Position numbers and translations under genes: made by a program | Notes under the pieces: generated by a model | What the model was told of the DNA's origin: nothing | Seen by the model: only the letters and a program-made list of their open reading frames with translations | Database searches by the model: none | In this document: positions 37,468 through 50,239 of the stretch, piece by piece | How the letters are laid out: each line of letters starts with the position of its first letter | Position numbering within the stretch: position 1 is the stretch's first letter | Assembly (NCBI RefSeq): GCF_009834535.1 | Contig: NC_045697.1 | Location: 102,612,001-102,676,000, forward strand | Direction: 5' to 3' | Source of the DNA: Camelus ferus | Lineage: Eukaryota | DNA length: 64,000 nt

Positions 37468-38755
37468 TGACATTCATTTTAAATTTCTTAAGCTCATTTA
37501 TTTATTTTAAATTAACGAATTAATCATAATCATAATCATCATTTTCATTATTATTATCATCATCAGACTGACCAGGAAACCAGTTCTATGCTTTATTCTA
37601 AAGATAGTTTCTCATTTCGTCACACAAGCAGCATAAATATTTTTGGTGAAAAACACTAAGAAGAGCATTGAGAAAGTCCGTAATCAGAATCCTGAAATGG
37701 ACTTACCTAAACTGCAGATTCCCTCCCTTGCCCCCAGGTGAAACCTCTCCCCAGCTCAGCACCATCCACCTCCCAGCCAGAAGAAGACTGAACGAGAGAA
37801 TCAGAAAAACCACCCAAGGAAAGAAGAAGGGAGAATCAGTTACATATTCAATAAGGCAGGGAACAAGAAAACGCAAATCTGTTCTAGTTCTCCAGTTTCA
37901 CCTTAAAGGCTCAGCACTGGAGATGCTTGTGAATGTCTCTTCAAAGTCTAAATCCACAGCCTCTCCGTGCAGGAGGTTACCAGCATCTGAAGAAAAACAA
38001 CCACTACCAGAAAAGCTCTTCTTTATTTTCATTCTTTGCAGTCCTTCAGGAAACTCTTGATAATGTGAAATGTTATTACTGCAAATGTTGGCCCAGGCAA
38101 GTTTACTCTAGAGCCTGACTATCACTGACTGTTCACAAAATAAAATCATTTTTAAAGCCTGCGAGGAGAGAGCCAAGTGCAAACCACAAATCAGAAAACC
38201 ACCAAGGCGGGCTGGCCTCGCTGCCAGAGTTTAATGTGATCTAATGGGAGGACAAGAAGATGTGAGAATTTGATTTTACGATGCTGCATGTAACATCTGG
38301 CAATACAAAGGGGTTGGCCCAACTGCGCCATCCTAAAGAAAACATTTGAAGTAATGTTTTACTTTCTCATCAGTTTTAATTCTGTCAACCAGGGCATAGA
38401 GACTCAGCCTGCCCTACTCATTTTAAAAGTGCCGTCTACTTTGGGTGAAGATTTATGAAGATTTGCTTCATATTGATTCATAGAAAATGAAGATGGGCAG
38501 GTGGGGAAGGGGCCAGGAAAATAGGATGAAGCTATTTAGTGGCAGGGAATCAACTGGATTGCAGCTCTGTTCTGCGTTTGTGATTTATTCCACGGGTGGG
38601 AGGGCAGGAGATAGGGCTCACTGAAGAACATTCTTTCACAAGGAAAAACTAACCCCAGTGAGAGATAGTCAGATCTGGGTTGGATCAGTTTGCCCAGTCT
38701 CACACCAAATGGGATTGGAACTCAAGTGTAGCTCTATTTCCCACCACTCGCGATA

Positions 38756-38788
<33 letters not shown>

Positions 38789-39364
38789 GGAGGGAGGAAG
38801 GAAGGAAATGGTAGCAACATTGAAACTCTTTGCACATGGCAAATTAACAACCGATGGCCCTATGGAATAAGAAGGGTCAGTAAGGAATCCCATTTAAGGC
38901 ACATAAACGGTAAAAAATAAATGAAAGTTACATTTCATGTCGCTCTTTTTTTATTGCCAGGACAATAGAACGAGAATCAGATCTCTTCCCTCTTCTTACA
39001 GAATAATACATTCCAAACAATGCCAAATTCTTACTTACATTGTCATTTTATAGTAATTACAACGTCGACCCTGTGAAGAAATGTGAAACCCGGAGAGTCA
39101 AGTTTCTTAATGTAATAGTTTGCTAAGTGAAGGCAACACACCCCAGAATGCAGGGGAAAATATTAGGACTTCTATTGACTTTTTATCTAGACAGTAAGAA
39201 AGTAAGCCTCACTCACAGTTTAAACAAGAATGGCACCGAGTATCATCAGTTGGTGCAGAGACAGACGGTCCCATATCCCCCACGCGCTGTGAGTCTTCCT
39301 GGAGGAAGGCTTGGAGCTCAGCAGTGCTGAGGGCATGACAAGGCTGCCTCAGTTCAGCGAGACT

Positions 39365-39755
39365 GCAGTAGTAATAGACCCAACATATAATGGCTCAGCA
39401 CAACAGAAGTTTATTTCTAGCTCAGGTAGCCCTTTTGGTAATCAGATCAGCAGAACAGCTCCAGTCATTCAGGCAGTCAGGATAATGAAGCTTCGCCAGC
39501 TCCTGCCCAAGGTCAGCATAGCTACCTGCATCTCTTTCAGCCGGAAGAAGGACAGGACTTGGAGAATCAGACCTAGGAGTTTCTTTATGGGCGGAGCCTA
39601 GAAGAGGCCCGCACTGTTTCAGCTCATCTGCCATTGGCTAGAACTTAGTCTTATAGCCACGCCTATCACAGGGGAGGTGGGGAAATGCGCCCGTTTATGG
39701 GCCCAAGAGGAGGAAGAGGGAATCCTGGCGAAGAGCTCGCAGCCTCTACCACAGA
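39365..39755 (-). mobile_element. MLT1J/L-like MaLR LTR
   Basis: aatggctcagcacaacagaagtttatttct...ccattggctagaacttagtcttatagccacgcct. Confidence 0.7.
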
Positions 39756-39979
39756 TGCCCTCATCTACTCAGTGTATTTTAATACGTCACAGTCTACATG
39801 TTTTCCTTACAATGATTAACCGTTTTAGTGAAATTTTATCTCATAAAATGAGCAGGTGGCTTAAACATATTTCTATCAAAAAGTCACAAATGGAAGTTAA
39901 GACTAATAACCCAAGCACAAGCCAGTAACAAAGGTCAGAGCTGAAACCTCTTATGTTTTTATCTCTTTGTCAGCCATAG

Positions 39980-40016
<37 letters not shown>

Positions 40017-40178
40017 TTAAATTACTTCTGAAGAGAAGCAAATAAAATTTTTTTCAAAGAAATTAAGTTTATTTGAAATGCATATTTACATCCCCTTTTA
40101 TAATAACAAATCTCACTATACATATTTTTATATATACACATTATACATACGTGTATATAACATTGCTAATAAGAATGT

Positions 40179-40294
40179 GGTAGGAGGATATAGCTCAAAT
40201 GGTAGCGATGCATGTCTAGCATACACAAGGTTCTGGGTTCAATCCCCAGCACCTCCTCTAAAAGTAAATAAACCTTATTACCTCGCCCCCAAAA
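40179..40294 (+). mobile_element. Vic-1-like tRNA-Ala SINE
   Basis: ggatatagctcaaatggtagcgatgcatgtctagcatacacaaggttctgggttcaatccccagcacctcc; TSD aagaatgt at 40171-40178 and 40295-40302. Confidence 0.88.
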
Positions 40295-41612
40295 AAGAAT
40301 GTAAACATATCACAATTAGCAAAATATTTAAGCAACTATAAAATAAAGTGTAGATAAGCTTGTATAATTTCATGTGCAGTTTAAAGTCATGCTATACCCA
40401 ATCTATTATTTTGAAAAATTGATTAACCTTGTTGGGAGATGTTTAGAAGCCGCTTTTGAGATTTCTGATTTAATAACAAAATACAAAAAGCCACATACAA
40501 CTGGGTTCTTCTCATTTTTTCTTTCCCCTATACTAAGTGGCAACATAATTTACGTATTTTCTGGTAAATAATCTGACAACATATAAAGGTATATTCCTTT
40601 GTCACATAGAAAAATGCTGAAGTTTTAAGAAATAAGAATAAAGTGTGTTATGGAATGTTGGACCTTGATTTACAGACAAATCAAAGTACAGGTGTTTCTA
40701 CATATCTCAGCTTACGGTACTTGCTAGATCCTTTTTCAACAGTTAAACACAATACAATACAATAAATAGTTAATACAATGATTAAATCTGTGTGTATGAA
40801 TTGTGCATCAGTGCTAGGGAATGTATATTCTCAGCAGTCATTCAACCAGTATTTATTAAGTACCCTCTCTTAACACTCACAGAGTTTTCATTAGTGTCAA
40901 TAGTAAATTTAGCAAAAACATTTTAAGAGAAAATTGTGTGAATGTATCAACTGATGGAGCCGCTAGTCTGACTGGAATGTTTTACAAGTTTTCTGAGATG
41001 AGGTTACTGAGGTAGCACAAACGTATTTGCTCCACCATTCATAGGGAAGCTACTCACATTTAGAGAAATTTTATTGTGCCCAGAACTTACAAAAATGGTG
41101 AAGGTTTGGAATTTAGTGACTATAACTTCCGAGGAATTTGAGGAGTCTATGGAGGAAGTGCAGCACATAAGAGAACAGTGAGGGTTATACTTATGTTCGA
41201 ATCATGAAAATGTTGAGGTCATCTTAAGAATGCATACCTTGGTCAAAGAGTTTTGGAAGAATCTCCAGCCTTTTCTCAGTACCTGGAGCAAGAGTGGTGT
41301 CCTTGCCAGCCAAGTCCTGGGAGCCGAAGCTGGGGCTGAGGTCAGTCCTCTGCCACTGGGACTGCAAATGTAAGTTGAGTCTCCATACCAGGCCGTCAGC
41401 ATCCTGCACATGCTTCTTGCAGACTAGTTCCACACAGATCAATGCTACTTGAATCAATACCTCCACAAAGCAGGAAAGAAAACAGCAGAGAGACTAAGAG
41501 ATACCCTCAAAAGCTACCCAGGCAGGATAAGCTAGCACCATTGGCTCTCAAGACACATCTAATTTGTAAGTTATAGGAATGGATGAGGTCAACCCGAAGA
41601 CAGGGAGAAAAG

Positions 41613-42113
41613 CAGAGGTCACAAATGTCAGCCTGGTTTTGGCTGAGTGAATAAATGAGTTTTATTTGCTCTGCACAATGATTTTTAAAACAGTGTTATC
41701 TGCAAACTACTGTATATAAAACAGATAAATGACAAGGTGCTACTGTACAGCACAGGGAACTATATTCAATAGCTTGTAATAACCTGTAATGAAAAGGAAT
41801 ATGAAAAAGAATTACATATGTGTATAACTGAATCTCTATGCCGTACACCAGAAACTAACACAACATTATAAATCAACTATACTTCAATTTTAAAAAATAG
41901 AAAAAAATTGGGAGATTTAATCCAACAGTATCAATTTCCAGCTTCTCTTGAAAAATTAGATCTCACCACAGTGGCAATAATTAGAGGGAACCGAGAAGCA
42001 ATGGCTAACTTTACAATGACCATGTGTCCTGCAGTTAGTCACTGCTCTCAGTGGTTTCACTAATTTTATTCACCTGCCTGCTTCTTGTAGGCATCTGAAT
42101 TTATGACCCTCTG
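41613..42113. mobile_element. MER102-like hAT element with an L1 3' tip inserted at ~41698-41905
   Basis: Terminal inverted repeats cagaggtcacaaat ... atttatgaccctctg; the insert carries agcacagggaactatattcaatagcttgt. Confidence 0.7.
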
Positions 42114-45100
42114 GGTAGAATCGGAGAAGAGGTCTAAGAAAAGGAATTTGCCTCCTGCTACAGCTGCTTGTAAGCCAGTATCTTTTCCTTACTAATTAGA
42201 GCTTCATTCAACTTTTTATTCTCACAGTATTCTTCCCTGGGCTCTGCACATAATGGGTGTCCCCTAAGCATTTTCTAAAGTTTTTTTGTTTGTTTGTTTG
42301 GGTTTTTTGTTACTTTGAATTTTTATTTTTTTTTTTTTTTTTGGCTTCAGATAAGTCAGTGTTTATATGTTTGTATATAATTGCACTTTTTAAAGCCTGA
42401 ATTTGTATGTTCATTTATCCAATGGCATGTTCAAAGTTCATTCCCTCATTCACTGTCATCACCTTAAACATCTGCTCTGATCAGAGTAATAAAACAGTAA
42501 CAGCCTATTACATGTCTAATTCACTTAAAATTGGAAGGTCTTATGGTATCTTTATTACCTCCTGCTGTGAGCAGCAAGAATTTGCACACCCAGAGTTAAG
42601 TAATAGAGGGGGTTCTGTGTCATGCAAAGACTAAAACAAAACCTCAAAAAAATATGAAAGTAAATGTCTTTCTCAGTTGATTGGGCTTTTCTTTAATTTT
42701 CCCTAAACCAGCCTTCACTTGGAAAGATAATAGAGAAGGACTCAGACCCTATGTTTTGATGAATGGAGCAGTTAGGGAGGAAGAAAGAGGAGAAATTTCC
42801 ATTCTCAAAGAGAAGGAAAACTGCTCTTGTAAAATCTGTTATATCAGAATCTGACAAAGTTTCACAGGCTTTGGCAATAAGTTCTTATTGCAATTTGGAA
42901 ATATGAAAGAATTGTATAACAGGATGATAGAAATGCCAGAGTCACTTATCTGCATGTCCTCAATCACTGTCTTTTAAGTTTCTCATCTTTTTTTCTGCTA
43001 ACTGAAGAAAGGAAGAAATGAGTGCATATTAGAGATAAGATACAGCAAGTCTGATCTGAAAGTTGGGAGACCAATAATAATGTTGACAGTTGAAAGTTTC
43101 CTCTAACTTTCAATAGTTTCCCCCAAACCGAAAATAATAAAAAAAAATTTTATTTAATCACATTAGCTCATTAATCACATAAAGACCTGGCTGTTGACCC
43201 CTCACCTTTTCCCAATGGGGCTGAGAAAGTCAATAAACTAATAAAATAAAATGAAGTCTCTGTCAGAATTAAGAAAAAAAAAACTTTTAACAATTAAGAA
43301 TAATGTATCCTTGAGATTCAAATCAATTTCTCCAAAATTTCATTAAAAAAAAAGAATCAGGAATATTAGCTGTAACCAAACAAATGGGATTTTTGGTATT
43401 ATCTTTTTAAAAGTAAGAGCGAGAGATTTTAACGAGCTTCCCTGTTCACCTTGATTAAATCAGAATTTTAGGAAAAAGTAGCTTAGCCAAACTTCAGAAA
43501 TGTGAAGTTCAAGTTCAGCTAATGAAGGGACAAAGACTTTAATTTTAGCTGAATGGTCCTTCCATTTCTGTGTCAGCTTCGCACTCTATTAGATCCTCTG
43601 GAACAAAAGGCTCAGACCCTCCCACTGGGAATCTTTAGCTGAAGCCCTGGGCACTATTGTTGATTTTATCCTAAAGGGCTTGGGAACACATTTTATAAAC
43701 ATGAAAATAAAGAGCAAATAAGTGTGAGAAACACTCAAGGAAAGAAGGTCAATGGAAACAGCTCACATGCTGTCAAAGCCCCACTGGATTTCTTTTAAAA
43801 TGATGTAGGTAGATGCATTTCTGATTGGTGTGTTTAGTCAGACAGAGGTTTGAAAATGATAGTCATTTGCCTCTTTCCTTACGTGTGAAAATAATCACAA
43901 TTTTTTCAGGGAAGAAATCTGCTGGGTTACCAACTGCTGGGAGCATGCTTCCTCTCCTATAACCAAATACCTTATTTTCAGTCTGAGACGCAAGGATGCT
44001 TTCTTTGGACAAATCAACATTGGTTTCATGTCAGAAATTCTCCTTTCTAGGGTTCCCCAATGCGAGTGAAACACTGGAATTGCATGCCACCTGCAAACCT
44101 TTCCTCCTCTGCTGATTGGATTTGGCACAGTGAAGCATGGAATCAGAACCAGAAAGCCAGGGACCTGCCTGCCAAATGAATGCTGCTTTAGTTGTTGTTT
44201 TCCTTTTAAATAAAAACAAAATAATGAATCACATGATAATACCATGATGAGTTTTGCACATGCTAAAATATAAAAGAGAGGACATTGTTTCTTGACCTTC
44301 CAATATATGTGAAACCATTTTGAACTGGAACAAATAACTTGAAAATGTATTACATTCACAAGTGGTGTCTGAATGGAACAGTTGCTTATGTGACATGAAA
44401 AAAAGAGAGAAACTCCATCCATTGACACAGGTCTGTCAGAAATGGATATTACAAAAACCCAAAAGTTTTCTCAGTTTAAGTTAAGGAATAAAATTAGTCT
44501 CCTACAAATCCCACCCCTAAATCAGAAGATGAAAATCACCCAGGTTTAGTGTGCAGACCTTTCCAACTAACCATATGAATAATTCAGCCTAAGAAAGCCA
44601 CTGTTATCCAGCATGGAATCTCTAATATGCAATTGAAAGTTTTCTTAGGATCTCAGAGGAGTGCCAAGATTGCATTTTTCATGACCAATGGTGGTTATGA
44701 CTAACTAAAATTCTACCACAAAATATAAAGTGGGCAGTAGACTAGAAATCGACTGAGCCGTCAACCATTTGGTAACTAGGAGCCAGCCAGAAAAGACACA
44801 CCCAGTGCAAATCCATCTTGGTTCCATCATCCCCTCAGTATGTACTTATTGAGGGCCCACCACATGCTCAGCATCACCCTGGAGGCTGGGGTGTGAGCAA
44901 GATAGACACGGTGCTCTTCTTGTGGAGAGGGAAAAGGGTCTGATGCTCTCATACTAGGCTGGCCAAGCTCTGCATGGTAGAGACATGTCAGATTGATGTA
45001 GGTGCTATTACCATTGGTGTCAGAATGAGAGAACTCATAGTTCCATTTCTCTCAAGGCCAAATTATTGATGGGGTGCAGAGAAAAAATTGGTTCAAATCA

Positions 45101-45313
45101 CTTTAATTAGTTAAAAAAAATTTTACATGGAGTTTGTTATAGACTGAATGTTTGTCTCTGCACCCCCCTCACCCAAACATATGTTATAACTCTGCCTCCC
45201 AATGTGATAGTATTAGGAGGTCGGGCCTTTAAAATGTAATTAAGATTAGATGAATTCATGAGGGTAAAGCCTCCATGAATGGGATTTTAGTGCTCTTAGA
45301 AGCATCTCAAGAG

Positions 45314-45659
45314 TTCCTCAAAAAACTAAAAATAGATTTACCATATGTTCCAGCAATCCCACTTCTGGGTATATACTCAGAGGGACCTCTAATTCAAAAA
45401 GATACATGCACCCCAATGTTCTTAGCAGCACTATATACAATAGCCAAGACATGGAAACAACCGAAATGTCCATCAACAGATGACTAGGTAAATAAGTTGT
45501 GGTATATTTATACAATGGAATACTACTCAGCCATAAAAAGAATAAAACAATGCCATTTGCAACAACATGGATGGATCTAGAGATCATTATTCTAAGTGAA
45601 GTAATACAGAAAGAGAAAGAAAAATACAATATGATAATCACTCATATGTAGAATCTAAA

Positions 45660-45719
<60 letters not shown>

Positions 45720-45774
45720 AAAGAAAGAAAGAAAGAAAGAAAGGAAGGAAGGAAGGAAGGAAGGAAGGAAGGAA

Positions 45775-45852
<78 letters not shown>

Positions 45853-45883
45853 AAAGAAGGAAGGAAGAAAGAAAAGAAAGAAA

Positions 45884-45943
<60 letters not shown>

Positions 45944-46322
45944 ATAAAGAAAAGGAAAGAAAAGAAAAGAAAAGAAAAAGAGGAAAGAAAGAAAAAGAAA
46001 GACAAGACAGGACACTATGAACTCATCCATAAAACAGAAACAGACTTGCAGACACAGTAAACAATCTTATGGTTACCAGGGAAAGGGGGTGGGAAGGGAT
46101 AAATTTGGGAGTTTGAGATTTGCAGACACTATATATAAAAATAGATTTTAAAAAGTTTCTCCTGTATAGCACAGGGAACTATGTTCAGTATCTTATAATA
46201 ACCTTTAATAAAAAAAGACTATGAAAATAAATATATGTATGAATATGCATAATTGGGACATTGTGCTGTACACCATAAATTGACACATAACTGACTGTAC
46301 TTCAACTAAAAAAATAAGCAGC
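45314..46322 (+). mobile_element. Young L1 (ORF2 C-terminus and 3' UTR)
   Basis: Translates as FLKKLKIDLPYVPAIPLLGIY...TCTPMFLAALYTIAKTWKQPKCPS (L1 ORF2 C-terminus); TSD agcatctcaagag at 45301-45313 and 46323-46335. Confidence 0.93.
45657..46002 (+). repeat. Compound (GAAA)n/(GGAA)n purine microsatellite, ~345 bp
   Basis: Directly visible; one T in the whole tract. Confidence 0.97.
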
Positions 46323-46743
46323 AGCATCTCAAGAGAGTTTTCCTCCTCTCTGCTCTCCACCGTGTGAAGGTACAAGAAGTCAGCCAGTCCGTAACCCTAG
46401 AGAGAGCTCTTACCAAAACCCACCCCTTCTGGCACCTCGATCTTGGACTTCTAGCCTCCAGAACTATCTGGAGAACAGCCTTGACTTCAGAACTGTCTAG
46501 AACAGAGAGAAAAATGTCTGTTGTTTAGAAGCCACCCAGTCTGTGATATCTCTGTGATAGCAGCCTGAACTAAGGCAGAACTGATGTGCACTGTCTTTGT
46601 TTTGTTTTGTTATTGTTTTCCTTGTCTTCTCCCTTGTAGATCAAATTACGAACGGTTGGGAGTAGGATTAATGTTGCCAACCACAGAACACTAACTCTCA
46701 TTTAGAGCCTTTGGCTCTGAGCTGATTCAGACAGGCACTCCCA

Positions 46744-46776
46744 CATCACCATCACCATCACCATCACCATCATCAT
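46744..46776 (+). repeat. (CATCAC)n short tandem repeat
   Basis: catcaccatcaccatcaccatcaccatcatcat. Confidence 0.9.
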
Positions 46777-47844
46777 AATCAGGAGGCCTCCAGGGCCTAT
46801 TCTGTCAGTTTTATTTACTGTATCCATGAAACATGTGTTAGTGTCACCCAGACAGCACCAGGGACTTGGTCAGAGAACGTATCTCATGTATATTTGCATG
46901 TATTGAATAGCTAATGGATTAGGTATTTTAGAAATTGCACCCAGGCTGGCAAATGCAGATGGGCTGGAGCGGTAGGAAAGTATAATAAAAATCTAATAAA
47001 ACATTTGAGCAAACTCACACATCTGTGGGCAGATGGGAGGCATTATGTAATACAGGTCATTGCTACAGCAACCTCTAACCCCCCTGGCTACTGCTGCGGG
47101 GCCAAGGTTGAGTGTAAGGGCCTCTGTGGGTTTTCTTTCTCTGTCAGCATTCAGAGAAATCATTTTTAATCTCTCTAAAATGAACTATTAAAATAGACAG
47201 CCTTTGACCCACACCCATGAAAATGATGCACAAAATACCCCAAATCTTTGACCCGGGACCTAAGGTCTCACTGCTTGTATTTGTTTGTTTTTGAAAACAT
47301 AATATTTCCATGAATACACATTGCTACTTGCCAGGCGTTTTTCTCCCTGATGAATGCACTAGGCCGTCATGTTTAAGGTGGGCTCTTCCATGTAGCTTTG
47401 GAGAGTAATTTCAGAAGTGGTCAAACAATCAATTATATAAACCACAAGACAGAATGAGAGATAGGCTTGGAATTTTAAAAAGGCTATATTCACCAGACTA
47501 TGTAAATTACATGAAATGAATACTCAGAAATCCTCATTTTAAAGAGAATTAATACATGTGTGGGTACGGTGGGTGTAAATTTTACTGAATTCCACAGTAA
47601 CATTAGAATTTCCTCTTTCTGTCTACAGACTAATCTTCAACTAGATATTCTAGAATGACTTTCTTCCCTGGATGGAAGTTGTGTCTCCTACAGTATTAAA
47701 CATTTAAGGTGCATAAATCTGGAAGGTGGGGGTTAAGGTAAACTGTGGAATCTACTTGAACCACATCTGAGTAAAAAACTGTTCAAAGAAACTGAGGGGA
47801 CTATGTCTTACAGATGGAACATTTACACAACCTTTAGGATCAGC

Positions 47845-48050
47845 TATACCTGGATTTAGCCCTGTCACTTTTTTGACCATGCGATCTAGGACAAGTTCTT
47901 TAACCTTTTTACTCAAAGTCCTCATCTGTAAAATGAACATAATAATAGTACCTACCTCCTAAAATTGTGAGATTTAAATGAATTATTGCATAGAAAGCAC
48001 TTACAACGGTGCCCAGCACATCGTAATTACTCAATAAATGTTAGTAATGA
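47845..48050 (+). mobile_element. MIR SINE
   Basis: ctcatctgtaaaatgaacataataatagtacctacctc...aaagcacttacaacggtgcccagcacat...ctcaataaatgttag. Confidence 0.9.
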
Positions 48051-48849
48051 TGCTTGTTGTTGTATTTCAGACCAAGGTGAAAAAAATTCAGCTGAAAAAA
48101 TTATTGTTCAACTATCAGAATCCTGATCTCAAGCAGTCCTGCCAGTGAAAATTAATGACCTCAAAGTGCTTAGTAAATGTGCCATGAGTCAGTTCTTAAA
48201 CATTTTCATTAGAAGCTGGATCATTTCTCTCACACTTAGGGTTCACTTTCTTAGCCTCTTTTGGCCAGTCAATGCCAAGGAACTCCTAAAATGAGGACTG
48301 TCACTGAAGAAAGTTATGTCTCATCTCCCAGGATGAAATTCTGAGACCAAGAGCTGCAAAGTGGAGCGTGGCCATCAAACTTCTAGGTCTGAAAGATGAT
48401 GGTTCCCAGATTCGGAGACATAGAATTTCATAGATGAAATTAGAACTTTGTATTCCTAGAATATTTTATTATTAAAACCTTTCCCATCTATACAAATGTG
48501 TAGAAAATACTATACTGAACACTGATTTACCCATCTCACCCAGCTTAAAAAAATAGAGCATTCTGAGCACACTCAGGGCTGCCATGCTGAGCCATTGCAG
48601 GAGGTGCTGTTCTTAGAATGGAATGTGAATGACTCCCTTGGATGCTAACACATTGTGTTTTACAAGAAGGGTGCCCCCTGGGGTTGAGCAACACAGCAGC
48701 AAACCTGGACACAAAGAATTCCATAACTGCTTCCTTGTATCCCTCAGAAGCTACTGTCCTGAGTCTGCTATTGGTTATTCTCAAGCCCATTTGTATATCT
48801 TTATTACATATGTATCTGTTAGTATAGATAGCCTCTCTTTGTACTTTAC

Positions 48850-49095
48850 GTGAACATTAGCACTCTTCATGAATCCTTCTGCAACTTGCTTTTTATGAGC
48901 CCAACATTATATTTCTAAGATAGTCCTATTGATCCCTGAAGTTCCAGTTTATTCATTTTAAGAGTTGAATAGTATTATTGTATGAATAAACTAGTTTACT
49001 TATTTATACATTATTTATACATTCTCCACTTGATAAACACTTATGGGTTTTCTTCTTTCCACTTTTTTTTTTTTTTTTTGGATGAGAGCATTGTA
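48850..49095 (-). mobile_element. Old L1ME 3' fragment (left part of the element hosting the provirus)
   Basis: tctgcaacttgctttt...aacattatatttctaagat...gtttattcattttaa...tagtattattgtatgaata. Confidence 0.65.
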
Positions 49096-49530
49096 AGTAT
49101 TCAATAAATGTTAGCTATTTTTGCACCTTCTGTTTTGCATTCACTACATTGGTGAGCAATCTCTATTCCATACTCCTTCTTGTGTGTGCTTTCTTTAAAT
49201 CAGTATCTAAAAGGCTAAAAATTATATTCACTAGTCTCTCTCACAGCAAGAGATCCACCTTTGATTTAGGTTTGGCCAATCAAAGACACCCATGAAAGTT
49301 TTTCAAAGTCACACACTGCATGCCTGCCATTTCTGCTGCTGCTGGTAAACATGGTTGTAGAGGCACTGAATTTTTCTACACACTAGGAAGGGGTCCTAGT
49401 GTCCTGTTACCTTATGAGGTTTGAAGGCAGGGCAAGGTGGATCCATTTTGTCAATGTGAATCATTGCCGCTCTGCTCTGGATCTGGAACTGACAGTGGCA
49501 AACTGCTTCCCGATGATATGATAGTTTCCC

Positions 49531-50047
49531 TTTTTTTTTTAATGGAGTATAGTCAGTTTACAATGTTGTGTTCATTTCTGGTGTACAGCATAGTGATTCA
49601 GTTATATACATACATATATATATTCCTTTTCATATTCTTTTTCACTATAGGCTATTACAAGGTGTTGAATATAGTCCCCTGTGCTCTACAGTAGGACCTT
49701 TTATTATCCATTTTATATATAGTAGGTAGTATTGCAAATCTAGAGCCCCCAATTTATCCCTCCCCATCCCCTTCCACCCAGTAACCCTAAGTTTGTTTTC
49801 TATGTCTGTGAGTCTGTTTCTGTTTTGTAAATAAGTTCAATTTGTGTCCTTTTAAAAAATTCCTTGCGTAAGTAATATTACATGATATTTTTCTTTCTCT
49901 TTCTGGCTTACTTCACTTAGAATGACTATCTCTAGGTCCATCCATGTTGCTGCAAATGGCATTATTTTATTCTTTTTATGGCTGAGTAGTATTCCATTGT
50001 GTGTGTGTATGTACATATAAATACCACAACTTCTTTATCCAGTCACC
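49531..50047 (-). mobile_element. L1 3' end inserted in the ERV-L 5' LTR
   Basis: Poly-T and reverse L1 3' UTR, flanked by tgatagttt on both sides. Confidence 0.88.
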
Positions 50048-50239
50048 TGATAGTTTTTTTATTGTGGCAGTTTTTTGCTCAGGGTAGTGAGTGCCTTGGT
50101 TCTATGTCTGGCATCTTTCTGATCATAAAAGAGATGGCCACAGTAGTCCATTCTGTAGCGTAGCTTTGGATGTCATACACGAAAGCTCAACTGAGAGTCT
50201 ATTTTTTCATCCTTCTAATGATTTAACTGAATACTGTAT

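Larger units (their letters stand above)
45135..46577 (+). mobile_element. MLT1A MaLR LTR, split by a 1-kb L1
   Basis: tgttatagactgaatgtttg...ccatgaatgggatt | ...aagccacccagtctgtgat...cagcctgaactaaggca. Confidence 0.85.

Noticed and set aside
43895..44428. Longest ORF in the track (177 aa, minus strand)
   Set aside because: Non-ATG start, no recognisable domain or coding-like composition, and a length compatible with chance.
45638..46030. ORFs rich in F/L/S that look like membrane proteins
   Set aside because: They are translations of the (TTTC)n microsatellite.
46744..46776. Poly-His (His-tag-like) coding run suggesting vector sequence
   Set aside because: It is a simple (CATCAC)n repeat with no supporting ORF or vector context.
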